Positions 16,596-26,456 of a DNA stretch of 63,328 nt are shown piece by piece (within the stretch, counting starts at the first letter, position 1; the number at the start of each line of letters is the position of its first letter). Both the position numbers and the translations under genes were made by a program. The notes beneath the pieces were generated by a model. That model ran no database searches, had not been told where the DNA came from, and saw only the letters and a program-made list of their open reading frames with translations. This DNA is from Pseudomonadota bacterium (lineage in GTDB: Bacteria; Pseudomonadota; Gammaproteobacteria; UBA9214): contig JBDLJX010000003.1 of NCBI GenBank assembly GCA_039714155.1, forward strand, positions 1 to 63,328. Direction: 5' to 3'.

Positions 16596-18927
16596 GCCGA
16601 AATACCGGCGATCCGCGCTGCTGCTGGCGCTGCTGCTCTGGCCATTCTGCAGCCTGGCGGCGCCCCAGGTGCTGGTGCAGGCCGGTTCAGCGAACAAGTA
16701 CCTGGCCAACAGCAGTGACCCGGGGATCGGGCTGGACTGGACTGTAAAAAACTACCCCCCTGAGTCAAGCTGGGACGTGGGCAGCTACGGCATCGGTTAT
16801 GAAAACGACTCGGGCGCACAGAACCTGTTTCAAACCACGGTACCGACTAATACCCGCTCCCTGTATACCCGGACAACATTTACAATCACGAACAAGAACA
16901 ATGTCACCAGTATGTTACTCGGCGTGGACTACGACGATGGTTACGTTGCCTGGATCAATGGTACCGAGGTGTTCCGTTCCGCCTCAATGCCCGGCGGCAC
17001 GCCAGTCTGGAACTCAACCCCGGCCTCGCATGAGTCGAGTAACGGCTCGAGCCCCAATTATTCACCGTTGCAGGATATCTCGTCGACCGCCATTCCGAAG
17101 TTGAAGAACGGCACCAACACACTGGCTATTGCTGCCTACAACCGTTCCGGCTCTTCCAGCGACCTGGTACTGGTTCCACAGCTGTCCATCAATGACAACG
17201 TCACGCGCGGCCCGTATTTGCAACAAGGCACACCCACCAGCGTCATCGTTCAGTGGCGGACTGCAACGGCAACTGACAGCCGGGTCCGCTATGGCACCGC
17301 ACCCGGCAATCTCACCAGTGTTGTCGATGTTGCAGGCAGTACCACGGAACATACGGTCACGCTGAGTGGTTTGACGCCGGATACCACTTACTACTATTCC
17401 ATTGGCAGTACCACCGGGGTGTTTGCCGGTGATGATGCCGATCATTTCTTTCTGACATCGCCAACGGCTGGCACGGCCAAGCCCACCCGCATCTGGGTGT
17501 TGGGTGATTCCGGTACGGCGAATGCCAATGCACAGGCCGTTGCCGATGCCTATGCAAACTTTACCGGCAGCACCCACACCGACCTGTGGCTGATGCTGGG
17601 TGATAACGCCTATAACGACGGGACCGATATTGAGTACCAGGCCGCCGTATTTGATATGTACCCGGAGATGCTGCGCAAGTCCGTACTGTGGGCAACACTG
17701 GGGAACCACGATGGCCATACGGCGGATTCTGCGACACAGTCCGGGCCGTATTACGATATCTTTACCCTGCCGAAAAATGGCGAGGCCGGTGGACTGGTCT
17801 CAGGGACAGAAGCCTATTATTCCTTTGATTACGGCAACATCCATTTCATTTGCCTGGAATCCCACGAAACCGACCGTTCGCCCACCGGGGCAATGCTGAC
17901 CTGGCTGGGCCTGGATCTGGCGGCCACAACGCAGGAGTGGATCATCGCCTTCTGGCATCACCCGCCTTATACCAAGGGCAGTCACGATTCCGATACCGAA
18001 ACCCGGTTGGTGGAAATGCGGCAAAATGCCCTGCCGATTCTGGAAGCAGCCGGTGTGGACCTGGTGCTGTCCGGGCACAGTCATTCCTATGAACGTTCTT
18101 TTTTGCTTGACGGGCATTACGGCCTCTCGGGCACCCTCGCGAATTCCATGAAGATTGATACCGGTGATGGCAAAACCAATGGCGATGGTGCCTACAAGGA
18201 TGTGTATGACGAGGCCAATCCGTTTCAGGGTGCTGTCTATGTCACGGCGGGCAGCTCCGGCAAGACCAGCAACGGTTCGCTGGACCACCCGGTGATGGTG
18301 CATGCCTCCCTCAAACAGCTTGGTTCACTGGTGCTGGATGTGAACGGCAACCGCCTGGATGCCACGTTTGTGAGAGAGAATGGCAGCGTCGATGATTACT
18401 TCACCATTCTGAAGGCACCGGACAATTGCCCGCTGGTGGCGAACCCGTCACAACTGGACACCGATGGCGACGGCCTCGGTGATGCTTGCGACGAGGATGA
18501 TGACGACGACGGACTGAGCGACAGCTTTGAACAGGGCATTGGTACCAATCCGCTATTGAGTGATACCGACGGAGACGGGCTGAGTGACTTTTTTGAAGTG
18601 AATTTTGACAATGACCCGGCCTACACACCCGGCACGGATCTCAATCCCCTGCTGGATGACACGGATGGTGATGGCCATGCCGATGCGGCCGACCCGATTC
18701 CACTGACGTTTAATTTTGACGATGGTGATGTGGCGCCCAGGGACAACCCGGATGGCAACATCAATGCCGGCGATTATGTCGTCATGATGAGGATCGTGCT
18801 CGGACTGGTGACAGCGGGTGATACCGAACTGGCACATGGCGATCTCTATCCACCCGGCGCACCTGACGGCGAAATCGGCCTCCCGGACATGTTGCAACTG
18901 TTGCAACTTCCCGGCTTGCAGGAATAA
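16579..18927 (+). CDS. Secreted purple-acid-phosphatase-like metallophosphoesterase with FN3-like, TSP3-like Ca-binding repeats and dockerin-like tail
   Basis: RGPYLQ PAP N-domain; GDSG, GDNAY, GNHD, WHHPPY, SGHSHSYER; DNCP.VANPSQLDTDGDG.GDACD repeats; duplicated D...DG.I...D loop at the C-terminus. Confidence 0.88.
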   Translation: MIMHSRPKYRRSALLLALLLWPFCSLAAPQVLVQAGSANKYLANSSDPGIGLDWTVKNYPPESSWDVGSYGIGYENDSGAQNLFQTTVPTNTRSLYTRTTFTITNKNNVTSMLLGVDYDDGYVAWINGTEVFRSASMPGGTPVWNSTPASHESSNGSSPNYSPLQDISSTAIPKLKNGTNTLAIAAYNRSGSSSDLVLVPQLSINDNVTRGPYLQQGTPTSVIVQWRTATATDSRVRYGTAPGNLTSVVDVAGSTTEHTVTLSGLTPDTTYYYSIGSTTGVFAGDDADHFFLTSPTAGTAKPTRIWVLGDSGTANANAQAVADAYANFTGSTHTDLWLMLGDNAYNDGTDIEYQAAVFDMYPEMLRKSVLWATLGNHDGHTADSATQSGPYYDIFTLPKNGEAGGLVSGTEAYYSFDYGNIHFICLESHETDRSPTGAMLTWLGLDLAATTQEWIIAFWHHPPYTKGSHDSDTETRLVEMRQNALPILEAAGVDLVLSGHSHSYERSFLLDGHYGLSGTLANSMKIDTGDGKTNGDGAYKDVYDEANPFQGAVYVTAGSSGKTSNGSLDHPVMVHASLKQLGSLVLDVNGNRLDATFVRENGSVDDYFTILKAPDNCPLVANPSQLDTDGDGLGDACDEDDDDDGLSDSFEQGIGTNPLLSDTDGDGLSDFFEVNFDNDPAYTPGTDLNPLLDDTDGDGHADAADPIPLTFNFDDGDVAPRDNPDGNINAGDYVVMMRIVLGLVTAGDTELAHGDLYPPGAPDGEIGLPDMLQLLQLPGLQE

Positions 18928-19068
18928 AGATATCGGGGACCGGCCCCGATCCCTTAATATCCTTCGGGTTATGCCGACAGTGGTTATGTAATATTCTGTT
19001 AACTGGCAAATCAGGTGTAAAAACCGGGTATTAGGGGGCTGTACCATTAATATTTTTGGAGGTTATTC

Positions 19069-19368
19069 ATGAAGTTATCATTTATCGGCTTGATTCAGGG
19101 AATTCTCCTGGGATGGGCGTTTATCCCGGCCGGCGTACTGGCCTGTCATCCGGGGCAGGATGGTTGCCTGGGTTGTAATGACGAGGAGTTGCCAGTATGT
19201 CTGCAGGCATTTGTGATGGAAGTATGCGAGAACTCCGGCAATCCGGCCACCTGCGACAGCCGTCGCGTCTACGATGATGCGGAACGCCATGTTCTGACCA
19301 ACACCGGCAGACATATGTCCCGCATACGCGCCATGGTCCGGAGCTCCCGCAAGTACCAGCTTCACTGA
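19069..19368 (+). CDS. Small exported six-Cys protein
   Basis: SD GGAGG, signal peptide ending VLA, mature part CHPGQDGCLGC..C..C..C. Confidence 0.65.
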   Translation: MKLSFIGLIQGILLGWAFIPAGVLACHPGQDGCLGCNDEELPVCLQAFVMEVCENSGNPATCDSRRVYDDAERHVLTNTGRHMSRIRAMVRSSRKYQLH

Positions 19369-19415
19369 GGCGGGGTATCCACAACAGTTCCTGCAAGAAC
19401 TATCCATACCAATCA

Positions 19416-19468
19416 GCCCACATTTCTCACCACGATGACGAGCCCTCGCCCCGCGGTGAGAAGTACGG
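19416..19468 (-). repeat. Internally deleted ERIC-like element (short subfamily B)
   Basis: Reverse complement matches 22742-22796. Confidence 0.8.
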
Positions 19469-19471
19469 CCT

Positions 19472-19547
19472 GCAGGAGCGAATTCATTCGCGATGGTGTT
19501 GCATGAATATACCTGCAATGTTCTTTCGCGGCTGAAGCCGCTCCTGC
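19472..19547. repeat. REPIN-like inverted pair of family A REPs
   Basis: gcaggagcgaattcattcgcga ... tcgcggctgaagccgctcctgc. Confidence 0.85.
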
Positions 19548-19571
19548 GGGATAATATCCATCAACAGGTAA

Positions 19572-21755
19572 TCATGATGACCGCGGTGGCAAGCCGGTGT
19601 GTTGAGTGAGGATTTTCTTTCCCCGGGTACGATGCTGGTGGGCGGCGGCGGAGTTCTTGCGTCGGGGTGACTTGTAGTCTTTCTTCTCTTGTGGTTGTTC
19701 TTTCGGAATGAGCTGGTGTTCACCGTTGCCAATGAGGTCGGTACGCCCCATCCCCTTGAGTCTTTCGCGAAGCAACGGCCAGTTGTCCGGGTCGTGGTAG
19801 CGCAGGAAGGCCTTGTGCAAATTGCGCTGCTCCGGGTCCTTGACGGATTCCACAGTTTCGCTCTTGTAGCCAACTTTCTTCAGCGGGTTCTTGCCGGTAT
19901 GGAACATGGCGGTCGCCGTGGCCATCGGTGACGGGTAAAACGCCTGCACCTGGTCGGCACGGAAGCCGTTGTGTTTGAGCCATAAAGCGAGGTTCAGCAT
20001 ATCCTCGTTAGTGGTGCCGGGGTGCGCAGCGATGAAGTATGGAATCAGGTACTGTTCCTTGCCGGCTTCTTTCGAGAACTTCTCGAACAGCTTCTTGAAC
20101 CTGTCATAGCTGCCGATGCCCGGTTTCATCATTTTCGACAACGGCCCGTCCTCGGTGTGTTCCGGGGCGATCTTGAGGTAGCCGCCGACGTGGTGGGTGA
20201 CCAGCTCTTGCACATATTCCGGGTCTTCAACGGCGAGATCATAGCGAAGTCCCGAGGCAATCAGCACTTTCCTGACGCCCTTGAGCTTGCGCGCCTCGCG
20301 GTAGAGTTGCGTCAGTGCCGAGTGGTTGGTGTTGAGGTTCGGGCAGATACCGGGATACACACAGCTCGGCTTGCGACAGGCGGCCTCGATCTCGCGGCTC
20401 TTGCAGGCGATGCGGTACATGTTCGCGGTCGGCCCGCCAAGGTCGGAGATGACACCGGTGAAACCCGGCACCATGTCGCGGATCTGCTCGATCTCGTTGA
20501 GAATCGATTCCCTTGAGCGGTTCTGGATGATGCGGCCCTCGTGCTCGGTGATGGAGCAGAAGGTGCAGCCACCGAAGCAGCCGCGCATGATGTTTACCGA
20601 GAAACGGATCATTTCCCAGGCAGGAATTCGTGCGCCCTGGTATGACGGGTGCGGTACACGCGCATACGGCATGCCAAAGATGTAATCCATTTCTGCCGTG
20701 GTCAGCGGCACCGGTGGCGGGTTCAGCCAGATATCCCGGCCGTCATGGCTCTGTACCAGCGCCCGCGCATTGCCGGGGTTGGTCTCGAGATGCAGCACAC
20801 GGCTGGCATGCGCGTACAGCGCCCTGTCGTTGCGCACCTTTTCAAATGATGGCAGACGGATGACGGTCTTGCTGCGGTCAAGTTTCCCTGGCTGTGTGAA
20901 CTCAACGATCTGTGCCCCGCTCTCGTCGATGCCATATTGCTGTGTATTGCGGCGCTGCTTTTCGCAGTCGGTGATTTCCTGCGTATTGATATAGGGATTG
21001 ACAATCCGGTCGATGCGCCCGGGCCGGTCGATGCGGGTGGAGTCGATTTCCTGGTAGCCGTCCGGGGTGTCGTGGCGGATAAAGGCGGTACCGCGCACAT
21101 CGGTAATTTCCTCGATGACCTCGCCCAGCGACAGACGCTGCGCAATCTCGGCGATGGCACGCTCGGCATTGCCGTAGAGCAGGATGTCGGCGTTGGCATC
21201 CAGCAGGATAGAGCGGCGCACCGTGTCCTGCCAGTAGTCGTAGTGTGCGATGCGCCGCAGGGAGGCCTCGATACCGCCAAGCACAATCGGCACACCCTGG
21301 TATGCCTCGCGACAGCGCTGGCTGTAGACCAGCGAGCAGCGGTCCGGGCGTGCCCCGCCCTGCCCGTCCGGCGTGTAGGCATCGTCCGAGCGTGGTTTGC
21401 GATCAGCGGTGTAGCGATTGATCATGGAATCCATGTTGCCGGCGGTCACACCGAAGAACAGGTTCGGTTTACCGAGCGCCATGAACGGGTCTTTCGAGTG
21501 CCAGTCGGGTTGCGCGATGATGCCGACGCGGAAGCCCTGTGCCTCTAACAGCCGGCCGATGATGGCCATACCAAAGGACGGTTGGTCGACGTAGGCATCG
21601 CCGGTGACGATGATGATGTCGCAGGAATCCCAGCCGAGCATATCCATCTCCGCCCGCGACACGGGCAGGAATTTACTGCTGCCGTAACACTCGGCCCAGT
21701 ACTTCGGATAGTCGTACAGGCTGGTGTCGGCCTTGGGGACAGGGATGGCGGACAT
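19572..21755 (-). CDS. ygiQ: YgiQ family radical SAM protein
   Basis: [28 protein letters not shown] (CxxxCxxC), [19 protein letters not shown]. Confidence 0.95.
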   Translation of the reverse strand: MSAIPVPKADTSLYDYPKYWAECYGSSKFLPVSRAEMDMLGWDSCDIIIVTGDAYVDQPSFGMAIIGRLLEAQGFRVGIIAQPDWHSKDPFMALGKPNLFFGVTAGNMDSMINRYTADRKPRSDDAYTPDGQGGARPDRCSLVYSQRCREAYQGVPIVLGGIEASLRRIAHYDYWQDTVRRSILLDANADILLYGNAERAIAEIAQRLSLGEVIEEITDVRGTAFIRHDTPDGYQEIDSTRIDRPGRIDRIVNPYINTQEITDCEKQRRNTQQYGIDESGAQIVEFTQPGKLDRSKTVIRLPSFEKVRNDRALYAHASRVLHLETNPGNARALVQSHDGRDIWLNPPPVPLTTAEMDYIFGMPYARVPHPSYQGARIPAWEMIRFSVNIMRGCFGGCTFCSITEHEGRIIQNRSRESILNEIEQIRDMVPGFTGVISDLGGPTANMYRIACKSREIEAACRKPSCVYPGICPNLNTNHSALTQLYREARKLKGVRKVLIASGLRYDLAVEDPEYVQELVTHHVGGYLKIAPEHTEDGPLSKMMKPGIGSYDRFKKLFEKFSKEAGKEQYLIPYFIAAHPGTTNEDMLNLALWLKHNGFRADQVQAFYPSPMATATAMFHTGKNPLKKVGYKSETVESVKDPEQRNLHKAFLRYHDPDNWPLLRERLKGMGRTDLIGNGEHQLIPKEQPQEKKDYKSPRRKNSAAAHQHRTRGKKILTQHTGLPPRSS

Positions 21756-21807
21756 GGGGAATACAGGTGTTTACAGGGATTTTACAGGAAATCCGGTTCT
21801 ATGACCT

Positions 21808-21887
21808 GTAGCCCGGATAAAATGCAGTGAAATCCGGGAATACTTATATACCCAATCCCGGATTACGTTTCACTCCATCCGGGTTAT
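21808..21887. repeat. Inverted pair of family D REPs
   Basis: gtagcccggataaaatgcagtgaaatccggga ... tcccggattacgtttcactccatccgggtta. Confidence 0.8.
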
Positions 21888-21945
21888 GGCACTTTCGCAG
21901 TTATGGGACAGCAATCGGATTGCCTCCGATTACTTGTCCATTCGA

Positions 21946-22389
21946 TCAGGAACCCGGGGCCTCATCTGGCGGTGACTCTGACGCCTTGATGCAAGCGTCG
22001 ATGTATTCATCCAGTTTGTTTTTGGCAGTGTGGTCGAGACTCTGGAACTCGACACCGACATGGAAGCGGTCCTGGGCAAGGCGTTCGTAGTGCACCAGCT
22101 GCACCTTGTCCTTGATGATGGTGGCGTGCTGGCTGCCGGCCTTTATCTTGAAACAGATCTCGAGGATGACGTCGTGGACAGTACCCGGGGTGCGCTGCTC
22201 TTCCGGTATCAGTGCATTGATCAGTTGCAAACCGCACTGGAACTTCAGCCCACCGAGTGACAGGTTGAGAACGCGTGCCGAACCAGGGCTCTCGCCCGGC
22301 AGGCCGGCTTCGCAGGATATGTCGGTTTCAATACGCCGGTGGCGACGGTTGATCCTGAGGTGTTGTTCCGTTGTATTGTTCAAGTGCAA
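21946..22389 (-). CDS. PilZ domain protein
   Basis: RRHRR (RxxxR) and NLSLGG (N/DxSxxG) motifs; GVEF near the end. Confidence 0.8.
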   Translation of the reverse strand: MHLNNTTEQHLRINRRHRRIETDISCEAGLPGESPGSARVLNLSLGGLKFQCGLQLINALIPEEQRTPGTVHDVILEICFKIKAGSQHATIIKDKVQLVHYERLAQDRFHVGVEFQSLDHTAKNKLDEYIDACIKASESPPDEAPGS

Positions 22390-22606
22390 TCTGGCGGGTT
22401 GTTATCCCTGCGGTTGACCTGTCCCTGCCTCGTGGCACAGGCCCCGGTTCGTCTTCGAATCAGGGCCGAGAATGTATGCTTCGGCCAGGCAAAGGTCAAG
22501 TGCGAGGCGTTTTTCCCGCCTGACGCAGATAAATTTTCCGATCAAAATTAAACAGCTGTCAAATTAGTCAAAAATACACCAGACAGACTGGTCTATCTTT
22601 AATGCC

Positions 22607-22838
22607 TCATTCTTCAGCCTGCTGTTCTTCCAGTTTGATCTGCTGGTAGATCTCTTTCCTGTGCACAGCTATTTCACGGGGTGCGTTGATGCCGATTCTG
22701 GCCTGGCACACCAAGCACGGTGATGCTGACATCATCATCTAGCCCGCACTTCTCACCGCGGGGCGAGGGCTCGTCTTCGTGGTGAGAAATGCGGGCTAGC
22801 ATCAGGGTCTCCCCTGTCCTTCGAGTAAGTATCAACAC
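22607..22838 (-). pseudogene. csrA: csrA/rsmA pseudogene interrupted by a 55 bp palindromic element and frameshifted
   Basis: GGAGG SD, GTG start; MLILTRRTGETLML [element] [11 protein letters not shown] / frameshift / [31 protein letters not shown]; not in the ORF track. Confidence 0.9.
22742..22796. mobile_element. Short ERIC-like/MITE element with TA target-site duplication
   Basis: TA-gcccgcacttctcacc...ggtgagaaatgcgggc-TA; removing element plus one TA restores the csrA frame. Confidence 0.85.
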
Positions 22839-22912
22839 GGGCGGGGCCTCCTTATCGCTTCTTTCGCTCCTGCAGTAAGATTTATTGCGATGATTGGATA
22901 ATTATCTCTGAT

Positions 22913-23635
22913 TCAGGCAGTTAAAGGAGTCTTCAGAATATCGGGGGGCAGCTCGTAACCGGCCTGCTGCATGGCATCGAGAATCATGCCAACTGTCTGG
23001 TCAACCGTGAACCGGTCAGTATTGATGGCCAGATCGAAATTGCTGCAGTCGTTGGCATCCACGCCATAGAGTGTCTTGAGGTAGTCGGCGCGTTCACTGT
23101 CGACCTGTTGGACACGCCGCTCGGCGGCATCCGGATCGAGTCCTTCACGTTCCCTGATACGCGCGGCACATTTTGACAACGAGCCGATGATCCGTACCCG
23201 GAAACAGCGCTTCGGCCCCAGGATCAGGTGCGCACCGCGACCGACGATGACACCACCCTTGGCGGAAATATTGAGTATCACCTTGACCAGGTGATGCAGG
23301 TAGCGTTCCTGCGAATAGCTCTTGTCACGAAACAGGTCCTGCCACCAGTTGCTGTCGATGTGCTTGATCCGTTCATCCAGCACCTTGACCAGTTCAACAT
23401 CGACATTGGCACGCCTGGCGACTTCCTGCAGGATAATACGGTCGCAACAACGCACACCGAGCCGGTCGGCCAGGGCCTGCGCCGTTTCCTTGCCAAGTGC
23501 GCCACAGCCACGGGATACGGTAACAACATAGGTGGCACGGCGGGCTGCGGCTGCCCGCTCCTCGGTTGCCTTGCGCTCAGCCGCAATTTCCGAGCCAACC
23601 AGCGCCTCAATCAGTCGTTCTGCACTGCATTTCAT
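22913..23635 (-). CDS. Cytidylate kinase-like family protein
   Basis: VTVSRGCGALGK..A..LA.RLG; GGVIVGRGA..IL; FDLAINT. Confidence 0.85.
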   Translation of the reverse strand: MKCSAERLIEALVGSEIAAERKATEERAAAARRATYVVTVSRGCGALGKETAQALADRLGVRCCDRIILQEVARRANVDVELVKVLDERIKHIDSNWWQDLFRDKSYSQERYLHHLVKVILNISAKGGVIVGRGAHLILGPKRCFRVRIIGSLSKCAARIREREGLDPDAAERRVQQVDSERADYLKTLYGVDANDCSNFDLAINTDRFTVDQTVGMILDAMQQAGYELPPDILKTPLTA

Positions 23636-23720
23636 CGGGTTAGTAGAGCCAGTGAAAATGAAAGTCTAGTGTAGCAAATCCGTCTGCCTCTGACAGGGGC
23701 GTCAATGGTTGTATGGAGGC

Positions 23721-23749
23721 AAAAACAAAACGGCCGCCAGAGGCGGCCG
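23721..23749 (-). terminator. Intrinsic terminator on the minus strand
   Basis: cggccgcc-tct-ggcggccg followed by ttttgttttt on the minus strand. Confidence 0.7.
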
Positions 23750-23817
23750 CTATTGCGTATTGCATGTATTACCAGAGAGAGAGTAAGTTCATTGTAACTT
23801 CCCGCTCCGGAGAATCT

Positions 23818-23835
23818 ATTGTACTGAAGTACAAT
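23818..23835. promoter_or_regulatory. Perfect 18 bp palindrome ATTGTACT-GA-AGTACAAT (operator candidate; TACAAT on both strands)
   Basis: Exact inverted repeat in a divergent intergenic region. Confidence 0.5.
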
Positions 23836-23859
23836 CTGGCCGGGATCAACCAGTGGCCC

Positions 23860-24027
23860 TTCAAGCTGATAACAACGGCTACAGAACCAACACAGCTGAG
23901 TGCCGGTTTTTTTATTAAATGGCCACGAAATCCACGAAAGGACACGGAAAAATGTCTTTAAGGCTTTTATCCTTCCGTGTTTTTCCGTGGATTCCGTGGC
24001 AATAATATCTGTCTTTTTCAGGTTGAA
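23860..24027. mobile_element. ~170 bp MITE-like element (family E): TTCAANCTGA terminal IRs and internal CCACGGAA triplet hairpin
   Basis: Colinear with 53860-54030; inverted degenerate copy at 30783-30924. Confidence 0.75.
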
Positions 24028-24038
24028 AAAGTACTAGA

Positions 24039-25268
24039 ATGAATGCAGGCAACGCGACAATCCGGTATCAAATGACTCCATTGCACTGCATCCGTCTGCT
24101 GGCCCTGCTCCTGTTTTGCTGGGCTGTGGCTGTCAGTCCGGCAGCAGGACGATCGGTCAGCCAGAGCGTGACGGTTGAAGGCGATAACTGGTTACTCAGG
24201 ATCCCGGCAGGCACACGCCTTGAGGTGTTGAATGCCAGCCTCGATGGCCCGCGCCTGATGCACTTCCTGCCCAACGGCGACCTTGTTATTGGTTCCCGCT
24301 CCGGCAAAGTCTACCGGCTGGTGCCGCCCTACAGCCATGCAGAGGTACTGGTAGAACTCAGCGGCTATCCGCACAGCATTGTCTGGCGCAATGGCGAGTT
24401 ACTGATTGCCCGGACCGATGGCCTCTACCGGGCGCCCTACACTCCCGGTCAACAGACCATTGAACGGGATGCCGTCAAACTGCTGGTGGCCTTGCCCGGT
24501 GGTGGTGGCCACAACAGCCGCACGGTTGCAATCGGGCCGGATAAACGCATCTACATTGCGCTTGGCATTAGCGGCAACTGCCCGAATGAATATCTCGATA
24601 ACAGTTATCGTTTTGATGATCGCCGCGGAGGGGTGTTTGTTGTCGATGAATCCGGCAAGGAACCAAAGCTGGTGCCATTTGCTTCCGGCCTGCGCAATCC
24701 GGTTGGATTCGACTGGCATCCACAGACCGGTGGGTTGTATGCCTCGAATAACGGCCCCGACCACCTTGGCTATGAACAACCACCGGAATATTTCTCAAGG
24801 CTGACCGCGGGGTCGTTTCATGGCATGCCGTGGTACCAGTTTGATGGCAAGCGTATCAACCGCGACAGCTGTATCCGCAGTGACCCACCACGCCGGGATG
24901 TGACTGCACCGGTGGCCACTTTCCCTGCACGGAATGCCCCGATGGGAGTGACGTTTGTACCGGAAGGTGCGCTGGGTAATCGCTACACCGGCAACGCCAT
25001 TGTCGCGTTGAAAGGTTCCTGGGGCACGAAACCCTCCGGCGGCATGTTCGGCAGCAAGGCGACACGGCGACATCCAAAACTGGTTATGGTGGCATTCAGT
25101 AACGGCAAAGCCACGGGTGAAATACGTGATCTTGTTACCGGCCTGCAGCGCCCGGATGGTGAACGCCTGTTACGTCCGGTCGGTGTTGCTTTTGGCCCGG
25201 ACGGTGCACTGTACTTCACCAGTGATTCACATCTGGAAGGTCTGTTCCGCTTGCAAGTTATCCATTGA
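24039..25268 (+). CDS. PQQ-dependent sugar/sorbosone dehydrogenase family (beta-propeller), exported
   Basis: GGGHNSRT...GPD..IY..LG, ASGLRNPVGFDW, NGPD, RPVGVAFGPDGALY.T.D. Confidence 0.88.
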   Translation: MNAGNATIRYQMTPLHCIRLLALLLFCWAVAVSPAAGRSVSQSVTVEGDNWLLRIPAGTRLEVLNASLDGPRLMHFLPNGDLVIGSRSGKVYRLVPPYSHAEVLVELSGYPHSIVWRNGELLIARTDGLYRAPYTPGQQTIERDAVKLLVALPGGGGHNSRTVAIGPDKRIYIALGISGNCPNEYLDNSYRFDDRRGGVFVVDESGKEPKLVPFASGLRNPVGFDWHPQTGGLYASNNGPDHLGYEQPPEYFSRLTAGSFHGMPWYQFDGKRINRDSCIRSDPPRRDVTAPVATFPARNAPMGVTFVPEGALGNRYTGNAIVALKGSWGTKPSGGMFGSKATRRHPKLVMVAFSNGKATGEIRDLVTGLQRPDGERLLRPVGVAFGPDGALYFTSDSHLEGLFRLQVIH

Positions 25269-25374
25269 AACGTCGCTTTGCACTTTCATAATGGTTGCAT
25301 GATAAAACTGCGCAGTAGATGCGAAACGTGATGCTTGCAAAACCCGATGAATAATCGTTTAATGGGAAGTCCTG

Positions 25375-25402
25375 GGCCGCTGGAAGCGGCCTTTTTCTTT
25401 TT
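25375..25402 (+). terminator. Intrinsic terminator
   Basis: ggccgc-tggaa-gcggcc followed by tttttcttttt. Confidence 0.7.
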
Positions 25403-25418
25403 GAAATCAAGTGCTTCT

Positions 25419-25452
25419 GTGTCATAATCCCGTCATGCTGGTATTTCATTAT
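25419..25452 (+). promoter_or_regulatory. Pho box candidate upstream of phoH
   Basis: GTGTCAT-aatc-CCGTCAT (11 bp period), 10 nt, CATTAT. Confidence 0.6.
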
Positions 25453-25550
25453 CGAACTCGGGCAGCCACCGGGAGGATATCCATGTAAGTAGTCTCAACG
25501 CGCATACCCCGGTAGATCAATTTTGCATTCATTTACGAGAGGGATTCCGC

Positions 25551-26333
25551 ATGTCAAAACACACGCGTAGCAGATGCAAGTTGACCAGCAAGAAAGCACG
25601 AAGGCGTACAGACAACGAGTTAACAAACCACGACGGCGTCGTTATCGATATCAACGCCTTCGCCTCCCACCCCCCCGATAAACACCTTTCGCATTACCAG
25701 CATAACAATCACCCGATCATCCAGGCACGCAACCGCGCCCAGGGTGAATACATGGCGGCGATCAACACTCACCAGTTGACATTTGGTATTGGTCCTGCCG
25801 GTACCGGCAAAACCTTCTGTGCCACGGCAATGGCCGTGCAGGCATTCGAACACCGCCAGATCGATCGCATCATTTTCAGTCGCCCGGCGGTTGAGTCCGG
25901 CGAAAGCCTCGGCTTTCTGCCTGGCAAGGTGCAGGAAAAGCTCGAACCCTGGTTCGGCACCTTCCGCACTTATCTCAATGACATGCTCGGACGCGGCGTG
26001 GTTGACTGTGCACTGAAAAACGAACGCATCGTGTTTGAACCGCTCGCCTACATGCGCGGCAAGACCTTCGAGGATGCCTTCGTGATTCTCGACGAGGCGC
26101 AGAACTGTACCCGCTTGCAGCTGAAGATGTTCCTGACGCGCATCGGCGAACGCACCCGCGTGATCATCAACGGTGATACAAACCAGAGCGATATTGGTAA
26201 TGGCTCGGGACTCGTGGATGCCGCTACACGATTACGTGGCGTCAGCAACATTCACGTGCATGAGTTCGAGTGCGGCGATATTGTTCGCAGCAAACTGGTG
26301 CGGGATATTATCGAGCGTTACGAGACGGGCTGA
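25551..26333 (+). CDS. phoH: PhoH family ATPase
   Basis: GPAGTGKT, RPAVE..E.LGFLPG...EKL.PW, LAYMRGKTF..AFVILDEAQN, GD..QSD. Confidence 0.95.
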   Translation: MSKHTRSRCKLTSKKARRRTDNELTNHDGVVIDINAFASHPPDKHLSHYQHNNHPIIQARNRAQGEYMAAINTHQLTFGIGPAGTGKTFCATAMAVQAFEHRQIDRIIFSRPAVESGESLGFLPGKVQEKLEPWFGTFRTYLNDMLGRGVVDCALKNERIVFEPLAYMRGKTFEDAFVILDEAQNCTRLQLKMFLTRIGERTRVIINGDTNQSDIGNGSGLVDAATRLRGVSNIHVHEFECGDIVRSKLVRDIIERYETG

Positions 26334-26374
26334 CTACATAGCCCAATAAAACGTTCACATTACAAATAGCAGTT

Positions 26375-26443
26375 GTAGGAGCGACTTCAGTCGCGATAGC
26401 TAACTAAAATATCCAAACCCGTCGCGACTGAAGTCGCTCCTAC
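26375..26443. repeat. REPIN-like perfect inverted pair of 22 bp family A REPs
   Basis: gtaggagcgacttcagtcgcga / tcgcgactgaagtcgctcctac. Confidence 0.9.
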
Positions 26444-26456
26444 TACAAAACAATCC

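Noticed and set aside
23922-24000. CRISPR array from CCACGGAA repeats (also 30810, 53924, and the 58527 tandem)
   Set aside because: Units are 8-14 bp, arranged as inverted arms or without unique spacers; no cas genes
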